Virus record (IMG/VR): IMGVR_UViG_3300046171_000314
Span: 1-64,000 of that record
Direction: 5' to 3' (one strand)
Source: a virus
DNA: 64,000 nt
Each line of letters starts with the position of its first letter. Positions within the stretch are counted from its first letter, which is position 1. Positions 27,647-37,905 of the stretch are shown piece after piece. The notes below the pieces were generated by a model, which saw only the letters and a list, made by a program, of their open reading frames with translations, had not been told where the DNA came from and did no database searches. The translations under genes were made by a program, and so were the position numbers.

Positions 27647-28074
27647 TGAGCATTAAAAGACACTTGAACGCACTGCTACATAGAACTCGTGGAGGACATT
27701 CTTTCCACAAGGTTCGTGAGAGCATAGCCAATATGGAAGAGCAAGAAGCACAAGAGTGGTATCGGTTTATCACCAATGCTGTGGAAGATGCCAAGATGCA
27801 AGCCAAGAACCAAGCAAGAAATCGTGGTGGGTTCTTTGCAAGCCAACAAAGAGTAGCCGCTCGATACCTTGATAAGGTATCATCTGAATTTTTGGGGGAA
27901 CTAGAGTACTATCCTGTAACAACACGAGGTCGAACCACCTACGAAGTCATTATAGAGTGGGCAGACGATAAGGTATGGAGAAGTAAAGAAGCAAAGGCTA
28001 TACAGAAAGACCTTGATGACACTCTTTATGATGCTTTAGCGAAATTCTCGAAGAAGCATCCTAGTCTAGGTTAA
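27646..28074 (+). CDS. hypothetical protein with internal RVA tag
   Basis: ASQQRVAARYLDKVS. Confidence 0.65.
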   Translation: MSIKRHLNALLHRTRGGHSFHKVRESIANMEEQEAQEWYRFITNAVEDAKMQAKNQARNRGGFFASQQRVAARYLDKVSSEFLGELEYYPVTTRGRTTYEVIIEWADDKVWRSKEAKAIQKDLDDTLYDALAKFSKKHPSLG

Positions 28075-28083
28075 GAATAAGAC

Positions 28084-28764
28084 ATGAAACTGTATATGAA
28101 AACGAACTCTCCTTTTTTGCAACCATATATTGATAACCTCGAAAATGTTGACGATTTTGATTTTTGGGCTGAGTGGTCAGATGAACATAAGAAATTTATC
28201 AATGATTACTATGGTGTTGAAAGGAACTCTGATCTTTCAATTGAGTTCCACATTAATCCAAAAGAGACTTACATTGATGCGTACTCAGGCGATCCTTTGA
28301 TAATTAGTGGGGTCTTTGAAGGAGTGTACAAATTCAAAGCCACAAAAAATATTGGAAAGCACGTAAGCAACAGATGTTTCAAAGATGAGATAGAATCTTG
28401 GAATTACTATGAGTGGTCTTCTGATGGAAAGACAGTTGAGTTATCTTATCAGGCACAGGTTGGATTTTACCTTGATGAGAGTTCTTATCCCAAGTCTCTG
28501 AAGAATGTTATTGCGGCAATGAAAACCCTTAAAGGGTTCGATAAGATTCGGGTTCAAGGGAAAGAGATTCGATTAAATAAAGAGCAGGAAAAGCAACTTG
28601 AAAAGTTGCGGACTCTTGCGAGTGACGAAGAGGGCTTGGCACAGGCGATTTCTCTTGCCGATGCTCTCGGATTAATGGGGAACTTGAAGAGTGAGATGAC
28701 CTCAGAGGCTTACGGGATTCTCAAAAAGAATGGGGTCAACATCACAAAGATAGAGGGCTTGTAA
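28084..28764 (+). CDS. hypothetical protein with C-terminal QA-helix tag
   Basis: MKLYMKTNSP...GLAQAISLADALG...VNITKIEGL. Confidence 0.75.
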   Translation: MKLYMKTNSPFLQPYIDNLENVDDFDFWAEWSDEHKKFINDYYGVERNSDLSIEFHINPKETYIDAYSGDPLIISGVFEGVYKFKATKNIGKHVSNRCFKDEIESWNYYEWSSDGKTVELSYQAQVGFYLDESSYPKSLKNVIAAMKTLKGFDKIRVQGKEIRLNKEQEKQLEKLRTLASDEEGLAQAISLADALGLMGNLKSEMTSEAYGILKKNGVNITKIEGL

Positions 28765-29328
28765 ATGAAAGTCTCAGCAATACGAGTTGCTTACCGATAT
28801 CTATCCGCAGATTTGTCCCCACCTTTAGGGGGTTCGGACAATCCCTGTGATGTTCTTAAGCGAATTGAGAAAGAAGTTTCTGATCCCCGTAACAAGAACA
28901 AACTGATTCGATTGGTGGAAGATGGCAAAGACCTGAGTAATCCTCAGGCTAATGTTGTTTATGATCTTGAAAGAGAGAAAGGCGTAGGCAAACTTAAATT
29001 CAAAAATATAGATATAACAGCACACGCTCAGTATCGAATGGACTTAAGGGGAGTGTCTGTTGCTGAGGTTCGGAGTGCTCTGTACTCTTTCCAAAAGAAC
29101 ATACAGGTTCAACGTTCTCAAAGAGGATGGTCTATGCTAGAAGAAAAATTGGAACGAGATGTTGTTTCATATACTGCCACCAATAAACTAAAAATAGTCT
29201 TTGAACCCTACTTAGATGGCAGAGGCAGAAATCTCCTTGATAGAGTGACAGGCTGTAAAATCATTACAGTATACTTTGAGGGTATAAATAACCCCACACC
29301 ACCTACCCTAGAGTCCTGTGGTCTATGA
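28765..29328 (+). CDS. RVA-tagged protein with DUF4258/BECR-like RNase-fold motif
   Basis: SAIRVAYRYLSA; ITAHAQYRMDLRGVS...KIITVY. Confidence 0.55.
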   Translation: MKVSAIRVAYRYLSADLSPPLGGSDNPCDVLKRIEKEVSDPRNKNKLIRLVEDGKDLSNPQANVVYDLEREKGVGKLKFKNIDITAHAQYRMDLRGVSVAEVRSALYSFQKNIQVQRSQRGWSMLEEKLERDVVSYTATNKLKIVFEPYLDGRGRNLLDRVTGCKIITVYFEGINNPTPPTLESCGL

Positions 29329-29543
29329 AAGAACCTGTTAATCATCCGAAACATTACGGGGGCAAGGAAAACCCCTATGAAGCCATCAAGGTCATCGAGG
29401 CTTGGGAACTAGACTTCTGTTTGGGGAATGTTATCAAGTATCTCAGCAGAGCAGGAAAGAAAGACCCACAGAAAGAAACAGAGGACTTAAAAAAGGCTCT
29501 TTGGTATCTCCAAAGAAAAATCGATCATCTAAAGAAAGAGTAA
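29325..29543 (+). CDS. DUF3310 (T7 gp1.7-like nucleotide kinase) family protein
   Basis: VNHPKHY...EAIKVIE...FCLGNVIKYLSRAGKK...EDLKKALWYL. Confidence 0.85.
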   Translation: MKEPVNHPKHYGGKENPYEAIKVIEAWELDFCLGNVIKYLSRAGKKDPQKETEDLKKALWYLQRKIDHLKKE

Positions 29544-29615
29544 CGCTATTTCCTGACCTTGATCATCTTGCCAAGTAAAGACATTGAGATACCTCATTTT
29601 CTTACGGGGGTGTTT

Positions 29616-30164
29616 ATGACATTAGCAGAATATATCATTTGTAATGGATCGGAAACAACAATGAAAAAAGGGGAATCCCTGTGGTTTGATCGATCTGAAA
29701 TTATACTTTGCAAGAGGGGGGTTGTTGGCGAGTATCAAGGAGATTTATTGGTCGATGTCTATACTCGAAAAGAGTTCATATTTGGGGTACATACGAAAGG
29801 GGTGGCTCTATCGGAGGGGTCACTGTATTCTATGGCTAGGAATAAAATTCCTTCTAAGTACGAAGAAGCCTTGCATAAGAATCTTATAAAACGGAACGCA
29901 AGACTATTAGCCCGAATGAGTCATCTAACAGAGGGATCAGTGGAAAACCGCCTTCACAAGTTATTGGGGGATTTTGGTGACCGCTACGGAATGTTTACAG
30001 GCAAGACCACCTTTATTCCTTTATCGATCTCTCGTCAGAAGTTGGCTGAGATGTTGAACTGTCGATCTGAAACAATCACACGCATTGTTTCAAAGTGGAA
30101 AAGAAATGGGGAAGTTGATTTTCGCAAAGAAGGTATCGAGTTGATACGAAGTCCTCGACTATAG
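29616..30164 (+). CDS. Crp/Fnr-family transcriptional regulator
   Basis: SVENRL...ISRQKLAEMLNCRSETITRIVSKW Crp-type HTH; degenerate N-terminal cupin region. Confidence 0.8.
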   Translation: MTLAEYIICNGSETTMKKGESLWFDRSEIILCKRGVVGEYQGDLLVDVYTRKEFIFGVHTKGVALSEGSLYSMARNKIPSKYEEALHKNLIKRNARLLARMSHLTEGSVENRLHKLLGDFGDRYGMFTGKTTFIPLSISRQKLAEMLNCRSETITRIVSKWKRNGEVDFRKEGIELIRSPRL

Positions 30165-30233
30165 AGAAAATTAGAAGCCCTGTTGACCATTTATTGGTAT
30201 AGTGTCCCCAACACATAATACAAGAGGAATACT

Positions 30234-31773
30234 ATGTCACGAGATATCTATTTTGGGTCTGACCTTCGAAAGAGAGTATTGAAAGGAGCACTGACTTTCT
30301 CGAAGACCATAACAAAGACTTATGGTCCTCGATCAGGAACTGTGATGATGAACCGAATGGGAGGTCTTCTCTCAACGAAAGATGGTGTAACAGTAGCAAG
30401 GGAACTACACCTGAAAGACCCTGTTGAAAATATGGGTTGTCAGGTATTGAAAGAAGCCTGCATCAATGTCAATGATGAGGTTGGAGATGGAACTACCACA
30501 ACCGCCTGTATTGCCTCTTCTCTGATACAAGAATCTCACAAGTTGATTACCGCAGGGTATGACCCAATGCAAATATCAAGAGAGTTACGAGAAGCAGCCA
30601 AAAAAGTCGTGGACGAGATACGAGCCAATGCTCTTCCTGTCGAAGAAGAAAGAGAACTTCTACACGTTGCTCTCATCTCTTGCAACAACGATAGGGAGGT
30701 AGCGGAGGCATTAACGGAAGCATCTCTTGCAGTTGGGAAAAATGGAACGGTTGCTATTGAGGATGGGAACTCTCTTGGGATAGAACTTGAATTCAAAGAG
30801 GGATTGGACATCAATAAGGGAGCGGTCAGCACTTACTTTATTGATGGTGTGGAAAGAAAGATGGTTAGTCCTCTCGTGGCAGTGATTCCGAAGGACTTGG
30901 TGGCGGCTGATGATGTGACCTCTGTGCTCGAAGAGAGTTCTCAGTGGCCCCAATAACGATTTGCTGTTGATATGTAAGAGTCTATCAGGGCAGGCACTAC
31001 AAACAATGGTGGTTAATCACACAAAGGGCGTAGTTCGCTCTTGTGCAGTTAGTGTGGCAGGCAGTTCTCTCAGACAAACAGATGTCCTTGCTGATATTGC
31101 TGCGGTCTGTGGGTGCGAGGTTTTGTACCAAGATCAAGGATACAACTCAAAGGATTTCAATCCTGAGTGGTTTGGTTCTTGTTCTGAGGTGTTGGTGCAG
31201 GAAAAGAAGACTGTCTTTATGTCATTTGAGGAGGCACAAGAAAGCATACAAAGGAGAATACGAGAGATTCAAAATGATATGCAGAGTTCCAAGAGTGATT
31301 ACGACAGGGATAGGTATCAAGAGCGAATAGCCAAGTTGTCTGATGGGTTTTGTCTTGTAAAAGTTGGGGGGCACACAGAAGCCGCTATGAAAGAGAAGCG
31401 TGCTCGTATTGAAGATGCTCTCGGTGCGGTTCAAAGTGCCCTTCGATCAGGGATTGTATCAGGAGGAGGTTGTGCTTACTTATATGCCTCTTTATGTTTG
31501 GGAGATGAGGGTGCAGAGGGCATTTTGAAAAGAGCCTTACGAGCACCCTTCAGAACGATTGTAAAGAACGCCAAACAAGAAGATGGTTATGTTTACAAGA
31601 ACTTGTTGGAAAAGCACGAGAACGTTTGGGAAGGTTGGGATCTGTACAATGAAGAAATTGTTAATATGTACTCCATAGGCGTGTTTGATCCATTAGAGGT
31701 AGCAGAGCAGGCTGTTCTGAATTCTGTGAGTGTTGCTGCTCTATTAATGACAGCAGAGTGTGCTATCGTTTAG
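30234..31773 (+). CDS. groEL: chaperonin GroEL (one frameshift at ~30947-30951)
   Basis: TYGPR, TKDGVTVA, GDGTTT, YQERIAKL, KEKRARIEDA, GIVSGGG and GVFDP; removing one C in TGGCCCCAA joins the halves (WPNNDLLL). Confidence 0.9.
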
Positions 31774-31817
31774 GAAGACCTTCGGTAAAGGAAAAGATTA
31801 ATATCGGAGGAGATCTT

Positions 31818-32156
31818 ATGAAAAAAATTAGAATGGATGCAATACGATTGGAAACACACACGCACCAATTAAAGAGAATTTCAAATGTGTATTCCCTGTT
31901 GAGAATGCTTTCCTATGAAAACATTGAAGAGCACAATAAGTGTGAGTACTACTACAAACTATTCCCTGCTTGGAGGATCGATTTCATAAAGGGTCAGCCT
32001 GTCGATATTTCTGTTCTAATAGAACAACCACCAACGGAGGTCTCTTATTCTAGTGATGGGGCATACCTAAGGATAGGTTGGGATACACATGTTATTATGA
32101 TGGGAAAGTACCCTTCTTGTGGGGTTAAGACTTATGTATCCAATAGAGCCAATTAA
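31818..32156 (+). CDS. hypothetical protein
   Basis: GGAGG RBS. Confidence 0.55.
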   Translation: MKKIRMDAIRLETHTHQLKRISNVYSLLRMLSYENIEEHNKCEYYYKLFPAWRIDFIKGQPVDISVLIEQPPTEVSYSSDGAYLRIGWDTHVIMMGKYPSCGVKTYVSNRAN

Positions 32157-32415
32157 ACATATCAAAGGCGATGGGGATTGGAGCATCGAGAAACATCAAT
32201 TCAAAATCCCATACCACCCAAAAAACAATGCAAAAGCAGATTGTGTTATTGGAGTTTGTCGTAGTCGAGGAATGGTTGTTGGGGTTATCGCAACAATTCG
32301 AAAAATTGCCGCACCCTACAATGCTGATAAATATGAGTATGCTATTCAGTTAATATTGCACGAAATGATTATCCTTCATTTCTTTGGAAAAGAAGAAATC
32401 GAGATTCCCTTCTGA
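32134..32415 (+). CDS. hypothetical protein
   Basis: overlaps the end of the upstream ORF. Confidence 0.5.
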   Translation: MYPIEPIKHIKGDGDWSIEKHQFKIPYHPKNNAKADCVIGVCRSRGMVVGVIATIRKIAAPYNADKYEYAIQLILHEMIILHFFGKEEIEIPF

Positions 32416-32865
32416 ACTTCTAAAATAAGTTGAAGGAACTTTGTAAGTTCGATCAGCATCTTAGGGTTTATCTAAATACTTGAAAATACCCCTGTTTCTA
32501 AAACTACATCACAGTTTTAGAAATGTAAAAAAATTCGTGTTTTGTTTCAAAAACCCGACAATTATGTCAGACATAATTCAGGTTATTCCTCTATTATCTA
32601 ACATTGAACACCGTTCAGTTTTTTATGTAACTTACATAAAAAAACGGCTTTCTTGGCAAGATGTGAAGTTCAAGTTCGTGCAATAATAAAGATTGTTTCT
32701 AGGAAGATATGTTGCAACACTATAAAAATGAAAACGCTTCAAATGTTACGGACAAAACTTCGCAGCAATCGTGCTGTTTTTTGCGATGCTAATTTTTCTT
32801 AATTTTTTGATGTCGTTTGGTGTTGAACTTTTATGGGTAGGATAAGGAAACACAAGAGAGATGCT

Positions 32866-33270
32866 ATGCCCCAAAAAGAGTTAATTTGTCAGTGCGGAGT
32901 AAAGAGCCGAGCCTACTACAAGAAAGGTGCTCTTATCGTATATTGCGAACACTGTGGTGTCGGACACCCTCTTGCTTTCCCACCCTTTCAAGGGAAAACG
33001 TGTTTGACAGAGGAAGGAAAGGTTACTGCTTCTGAAGATATACCTAAAGGAGATCTTATAGAAAAATGCCCCTTACTTCCAATGCCAACCTCTCCTTTGG
33101 AAATAAGAAACAGTTTAGGGGAAAAAGTCGTTCCATTAGGATTGCTTCTTCGGTATGGAACATCAGAGCAAGGTAATGTAGTTCTGAAAGTCAAACAGAA
33201 ATTCATCTTTGTTTATGCCTTAGCCAATATTATGAAACACGAACCCCTAACTCTCAAGGAGAAGAAATGA
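32866..33270 (+). CDS. Zn-ribbon plus degenerate SET-domain-like protein
   Basis: CQC...CEHC; GKVTASEDIPKGDLIEKCP and YALANIMKHEPLT resemble the SET termini; NHS motif absent. Confidence 0.5.
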   Translation: MPQKELICQCGVKSRAYYKKGALIVYCEHCGVGHPLAFPPFQGKTCLTEEGKVTASEDIPKGDLIEKCPLLPMPTSPLEIRNSLGEKVVPLGLLLRYGTSEQGNVVLKVKQKFIFVYALANIMKHEPLTLKEKK

Positions 33271-33836
33271 ATGTAATCAATGCCCTCATAGAAAAATATA
33301 AAACCGAATCGTCCGTTCCCTTGCGGAATGACCAAAATATCTACAGTGACTTGATGATTTATCTTGAACCTGAAGAGGACTTTCAAGTTTTTAATAGGTG
33401 GGGCTTTGATATGGCGACAGAGTATAACTTTCAAGCATACAATGGTTTTGAAAACAAATACATTGCTCTTATTTCAGAAGATACTTTATACTCAAAACTT
33501 GTGACAGAGTTGTTAGAGAGAGGGTTGTTGATTGAGTATCTTGAAGGGTTCTCAAGGGATTGGACAACTGAATATTTTGATGATCACTTTGAAGAAGCCA
33601 CCTCTTACACAGAGGTCTATGAAAATGGAGAGGTGACTTTGAAAGGAACACAATCCGCTACAATTTCTTTTGATGATATTTTGAATGAGATAAAAGAAGA
33701 AAACCTTTTGAATTCCCTTTGTCGATTTCTTGATAAAGAAAGCCTCTGTCATTGGAGCAAAGGTTGGTATCAAGATTTGTCCTACACAAGAGAGGCTATT
33801 GATGACCCACGACAACTCAAACTATTCGTGAACTAG
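33267..33836 (+). CDS. acidic hypothetical protein
   Basis: ATGA-coupled; AAGGAG RBS. Confidence 0.65.
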   Translation: MNVINALIEKYKTESSVPLRNDQNIYSDLMIYLEPEEDFQVFNRWGFDMATEYNFQAYNGFENKYIALISEDTLYSKLVTELLERGLLIEYLEGFSRDWTTEYFDDHFEEATSYTEVYENGEVTLKGTQSATISFDDILNEIKEENLLNSLCRFLDKESLCHWSKGWYQDLSYTREAIDDPRQLKLFVN

Positions 33837-34297
33837 TTCTTAAAGCGATTGCTCTCACAGGTGTCACAAAGAGTTCTGTGCCACCCTTTGGTACGATGCA
33901 CACCTTGATTACACCCACAAGATTCACAAGTAGTGGAGGACAAGTCTTCGGCATCTGAGAAGATGTCTCGAATGTGGTCATCACCCCCATCAAAGTAAAG
34001 CCGAAGTGTTCCAAACTTTTCCTTCACTTGTGTGAATTCAGGATAGAAAAGTATCTTACTCTCGTCACGTCCTTCATTGACAACTATCTTGTGCCATTGA
34101 TCTATGGTCATAACAGGAACGCCTGCTTTCTCTTGTTCCTGTATGTATGTTTCCACTTTCTCACAGGCTTGATAGATAATGTCGAACCACCCATCATCGC
34201 AAGCACAGCCCCAACACATAGCGGTGTGAGTCATTGGCAAGTCTTTCTGTCGAAACATCTTGGGGAATCGATCATAAAGTTCTTGCTGTCTTTTCAT
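33833..34297 (-). CDS. conserved phage protein with C-terminal Zn ribbon
   Basis: GWFDII...QVKEKFGTLRLY...TCESCG...TLCDTC. Confidence 0.75.
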   Translation of the reverse strand: MKRQQELYDRFPKMFRQKDLPMTHTAMCWGCACDDGWFDIIYQACEKVETYIQEQEKAGVPVMTIDQWHKIVVNEGRDESKILFYPEFTQVKEKFGTLRLYFDGGDDHIRDIFSDAEDLSSTTCESCGCNQGVHRTKGWHRTLCDTCESNRFKN

Positions 34298-34779
34298 TAT
34301 CTTTTCTCGCCATCAAGAAAAGGAATCACATCGAGGCAAAAATCCTTGTAAAGTCGTTCTTTTATATCGGCAAGCCCTGCTGATTGGATGGCAGGAGCAT
34401 AGTCACTTTTATGCGTTTCCTCGAAGAAACTCTTCGGTGCGGTTATCGGAGTGTACTTAGAAGGAGATTCCCCCTTTGCCAACGTGTAGGGGGAAGTTGC
34501 ATACCAAAACTCTAATCCTGCTTTGTCTGCAAAAAACTCTGTAAGCGTTCCCATGATAGTATTTTTAAATATATCTCTACACTTACTAATCGCATCCTCA
34601 ACTTTCTTATTGAGATAAAATTTGCGGATGCTTCCAAGTTCTGCTTCAAAGGCTTTGTCTTTCTTTTCAGAGAGGGCTTGAAACAACTCCCACGCTTGGA
34701 GCATAGATTCACGATCTTGTGCCTTACAAGCCCTTACCCAAAGTTCTTTAATCTTTCTTTTATGAGAGTTCGTTAGCAT
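34297..34779 (-). CDS. QA-helix-tagged hypothetical protein
   Basis: HKRKIKELW...DRESMLQAWELFQAL. Confidence 0.7.
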   Translation of the reverse strand: MLTNSHKRKIKELWVRACKAQDRESMLQAWELFQALSEKKDKAFEAELGSIRKFYLNKKVEDAISKCRDIFKNTIMGTLTEFFADKAGLEFWYATSPYTLAKGESPSKYTPITAPKSFFEETHKSDYAPAIQSAGLADIKERLYKDFCLDVIPFLDGEKR

Positions 34780-34782
34780 TAT

Positions 34783-35202
34783 CTAGTAGCCCCCATCTTT
34801 GTAGGGAATTTCTTCGTAAGCAAGGGCTTTATAGAGTTCGTCTACTTGTTTTATCATAGGGCTTTTTTTCATTTCTTTGGCAACCTGTGCGAACAGAAAA
34901 TCAATCGAGTCTTTATAGTTCTCACTATCATTCGGAAAAGCATCGTGAAACAACATTGCACTATCCTCAGTGTACTCTACAATTTCCTTTTTCATAATTT
35001 TAAGAACCGCCTGTTCAATATTGGATGCCCATTCAATGGCGGATTCATTTCTAATTCGTCTAAGTTTTTGTTCTAACTTTTTGTCAGTAGGATCAATGGC
35101 TTGAAACAACTCCCAAGCCTGAATGAGGTCAGCCCTATTTCGCTTTTCAAGCCCCTCTATCCAAAGAGATAGGAGTTTGTCTTTCTGATCTTTTGTTAGC
35201 AT
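34783..35202 (-). CDS. QA-helix-tagged hypothetical protein
   Basis: QKDKLLSLW...NRADLIQAWELFQAI. Confidence 0.7.
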   Translation of the reverse strand: MLTKDQKDKLLSLWIEGLEKRNRADLIQAWELFQAIDPTDKKLEQKLRRIRNESAIEWASNIEQAVLKIMKKEIVEYTEDSAMLFHDAFPNDSENYKDSIDFLFAQVAKEMKKSPMIKQVDELYKALAYEEIPYKDGGY

Positions 35203-35226
35203 TGATATCTCCTGTATAAGGTTCTC

Positions 35227-35637
35227 TTACATATAAGGGGTCGGGATAATATCTCGAAAGAACCGTTTCTCTTCGTCTTTATTAAGGGCATCTATGAAAC
35301 GAGACATTTGTTGCGAAAACTTATCTGTTACTTCTTTTTTCATATGGGATTCTCGGTAATCGTGGTATCCGTACCAATTTCCTGCGATAACCATACTCCC
35401 CCAAGAGTCCCCATCAGGGTTTAGATAGAAGAGAGCCATCACAAGTTCTTTGTACTTTTTTTCCCACTTTGCCATCCAAGCATCCCAAATTTCAAAGGAT
35501 AGTTCGTGTATTTCTTCTAAGGTTAATCCATCTTTTCCAAGTGCTTGATTCAACTGCATAGCCTGTGAAGCAAGAGAGCGATCATTTTTTTTATAGGCAT
35601 CAAAGAACAACCTTTCGAGTTTCTTTTTATCTGACAT
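35227..35637 (-). CDS. QA-helix-tagged hypothetical protein
   Basis: DKKKLERLF...DRSLASQAMQLNQAL; class C motif at 35673-35685. Confidence 0.7.
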   Translation of the reverse strand: MSDKKKLERLFFDAYKKNDRSLASQAMQLNQALGKDGLTLEEIHELSFEIWDAWMAKWEKKYKELVMALFYLNPDGDSWGSMVIAGNWYGYHDYRESHMKKEVTDKFSQQMSRFIDALNKDEEKRFFRDIIPTPYM

Positions 35638-35723
35638 TTTTTTACTCCCGTAATAAACTACAAACCACATAGTATAGAAGGACTATTGGTTGGTATAGTG
35701 TTTTCTAAAAAGAGGCTCACCAA

Positions 35724-35933
35724 ATGAAAGAGATACTGCAACAAAGACTGTCGGAACTAACGGATTGGAAAAGCAAAGAAAACACTTCTGCTGATGGAGA
35801 CTCCCTGCGGTGTTTGAGGAGTTTAACAGACACAAATGAAAATAACTATCGGAGAGTGCTCCCTCTCATTGTATTTTTTGGTATAGAACGTCAGGCTTAC
35901 GATTACTTACAGAATTCGATAAGGGGGTTGTAA
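35724..35933 (+). CDS. hypothetical protein
   Basis: GAGG RBS. Confidence 0.5.
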   Translation: MKEILQQRLSELTDWKSKENTSADGDSLRCLRSLTDTNENNYRRVLPLIVFFGIERQAYDYLQNSIRGL

Positions 35934-36226
35934 TGAGTGCTCATTGGTTTTACATACAGCAATGGTCAGCAAGAAGGTGGTCTTATGTGGATATGGAAAT
36001 GCCTTTCAAGGATGCCCATGACCTATTCAAGGCTTTGACAAATACCTTTTCAGAGGACTATTGCAAGCCTTTGGCTTTGGTACAACATCCTGAGGATAAA
36101 TCCATAGGGAAAGTTATTATGTCAGACGAAAATCTAAATGGTTGGGAAATCCTTATGTGTAATGGGCTGTACTCGAATGGTGGAAAAGACGAACCCCTGC
36201 TTGTAAAGAAGGTGCTTGATGGATAG
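35933..36226 (+). CDS. hypothetical protein
   Basis: TAATG-coupled. Confidence 0.55.
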   Translation: MSAHWFYIQQWSARRWSYVDMEMPFKDAHDLFKALTNTFSEDYCKPLALVQHPEDKSIGKVIMSDENLNGWEILMCNGLYSNGGKDEPLLVKKVLDG

Positions 36227-36345
36227 GTTTCGATACACCATTCATAATATGATTGGACACCCCCTAATGGAGATTTTTTCTTTGTTAGGAATGCACGAAA
36301 GAGCAACGTGGATTCACGATGTGACATTGCCAAAAGAGACCACCA

Positions 36346-36639
36346 ATGTCTAAGAGGATCATCTTGGGCAGATACTGCCCTGCTTGCGACCACACCTATT
36401 TCAGTAGGGCGAGGCACGACTTCTGTGCCTGCCCCTGTTGGCTTTCTAGTGGGAGAACAACAGGGGGCTACATTGATGGTGGTCGAGACTATGTAAAAGT
36501 TGGTGGAAAGGGAATTACGGTTCGCATAGAAATCTCACAATCGGACAAAGAATTAGAGGAAGATTGGCGAAGCGGAACAAACAAGTACGGTATCCTCAAA
36601 GGGTGTCAAGGAACACCGATACTTGGAGAGAAGAAATGA
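36346..36639 (+). CDS. small Zn-binding conserved phage protein
   Basis: CPAC...HDFCACPC...IDGGRDY. Confidence 0.7.
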   Translation: MSKRIILGRYCPACDHTYFSRARHDFCACPCWLSSGRTTGGYIDGGRDYVKVGGKGITVRIEISQSDKELEEDWRSGTNKYGILKGCQGTPILGEKK

Positions 36640-36932
36640 ACATAGATAGAGACCAACTGAGACAACTAGGTATGCAAAAGAGAAAGGTATATACCCTCCG
36701 AAAGAACCAAGAGGGTCTGTCTGCTATTTCAATCACAACCCCTCACATAGAACAAGTGCTTGCTTTATATTCAGAAAAACTATCTGCGGCTATGACGAGT
36801 GGTTGCTTTGTAGAACACGATTGTAAGATCGATCCTAAAAGATTGTTGGGAAAGACCATTATAAGAAAAATGACAATCACAACACAAGAGGGGGATACTT
36901 TTGAGTGGGTTCTCCTGTGTGAAGAAACCTAG
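36636..36932 (+). CDS. hypothetical protein
   Basis: ATGA-coupled; GGAG RBS. Confidence 0.55.
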   Translation: MNIDRDQLRQLGMQKRKVYTLRKNQEGLSAISITTPHIEQVLALYSEKLSAAMTSGCFVEHDCKIDPKRLLGKTIIRKMTITTQEGDTFEWVLLCEET

Positions 36933-36979
36933 TTTTGATTCCTATAAATTATCCAAAATAAAATCAGAGATTGTTTTTC

Positions 36980-37561
36980 CTAAAAGAAATTGTTGATTGC
37001 TTTCGCAATGTATGCGATGTCTTTGCGATAATCTCCTGAAAGTTCACTCTTGGTTACGATATCGCCACCCTTTGCACCATCGTTGTATACCAACCAATCT
37101 GTATTTGGGTTCTCGTTAAGAGAAACTTGTTGCGAATCAAAGGGCTTGCCCCATTGATTCCTGTCTGCACCTTCTTCGTTCCATATCCGATACGCATGCT
37201 CAAAGTATTGAACTACCCACTTTCTTCCGAGAAGTTTAGCAATATCTTTGGCAACTTTATCCCAATTCGTTTCTATGCTGTCCCACCACATAATTATTTT
37301 CTTAACATCAAGTTCGAGTTCAAACTCCCCTTTCACATAAGCGGTGTCTCCTTTAACGACAACCTTAGTAGCCCCCATATACCCAAACCCATCTAAGATA
37401 TCGAGAAGAACAGAATCAATGCTTGCGTTCAAGTCTGCCTCATCTTCATATTCGATAGGATATGGTTTGAAGAATCCCGAACTTGCTTGCTTGTTGAGAA
37501 CATCTCTGATTTCATTGAGTTCTGCGAGTATTCGCTTTCGTGCTTGCTTAGATAATTTCAT
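36980..37561 (-). CDS. hypothetical protein with KLSKQA leader
   Basis: MKLSKQARKRILAELNEIRDVLNKQASS; class C motif at 37587-37599. Confidence 0.7.
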   Translation of the reverse strand: MKLSKQARKRILAELNEIRDVLNKQASSGFFKPYPIEYEDEADLNASIDSVLLDILDGFGYMGATKVVVKGDTAYVKGEFELELDVKKIIMWWDSIETNWDKVAKDIAKLLGRKWVVQYFEHAYRIWNEEGADRNQWGKPFDSQQVSLNENPNTDWLVYNDGAKGGDIVTKSELSGDYRKDIAYIAKAINNFF

Positions 37562-37614
37562 AGATACCTCTTTGTGGGTATATTTTTATAGGAAAATTAT
37601 TGGGAGGAGAAGGA

Positions 37615-37905
37615 ATGTCTTTTACAGAGAAACAGAAAATGCTTATAGAGTTGTGTGTCCGAACTATACTTTGTAATCTATTAGAAAGAGAAGAAAGGGA
37701 TATAAATGATTTCACTGCGGGGCTGCACAACATAAACATAGGTTCTTTTGGAGAGAAAGGATTCAAGTTTGAGGATACCAATGATTGGGTTTCTTGTCTA
37801 CAAGACTTGCGTGATATAATCGCCATACTAGATCCTGTGTATCATCAACACACGATTGAAATGGGCGATAAGCCTGCCAAGTTAGAGGAAGAAGATGGCT
37901 CGTAA
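37615..37905 (+). CDS. hypothetical protein
   Basis: GGAGG RBS. Confidence 0.55.
   Translation: MSFTEKQKMLIELCVRTILCNLLEREERDINDFTAGLHNINIGSFGEKGFKFEDTNDWVSCLQDLRDIIAILDPVYHQHTIEMGDKPAKLEEEDGS

Noticed and set aside
30234-31773. GroEL as a true pseudogene or split gene
   Set aside because: A single extra C restores a full-length protein with intact motifs, and similar indels occur elsewhere in the contig.
32750-32790. Third CAGCAA RNA copy
   Set aside because: It has CAGCAA but lacks the AGGGT/ACCCT closing stem and the upstream motif.
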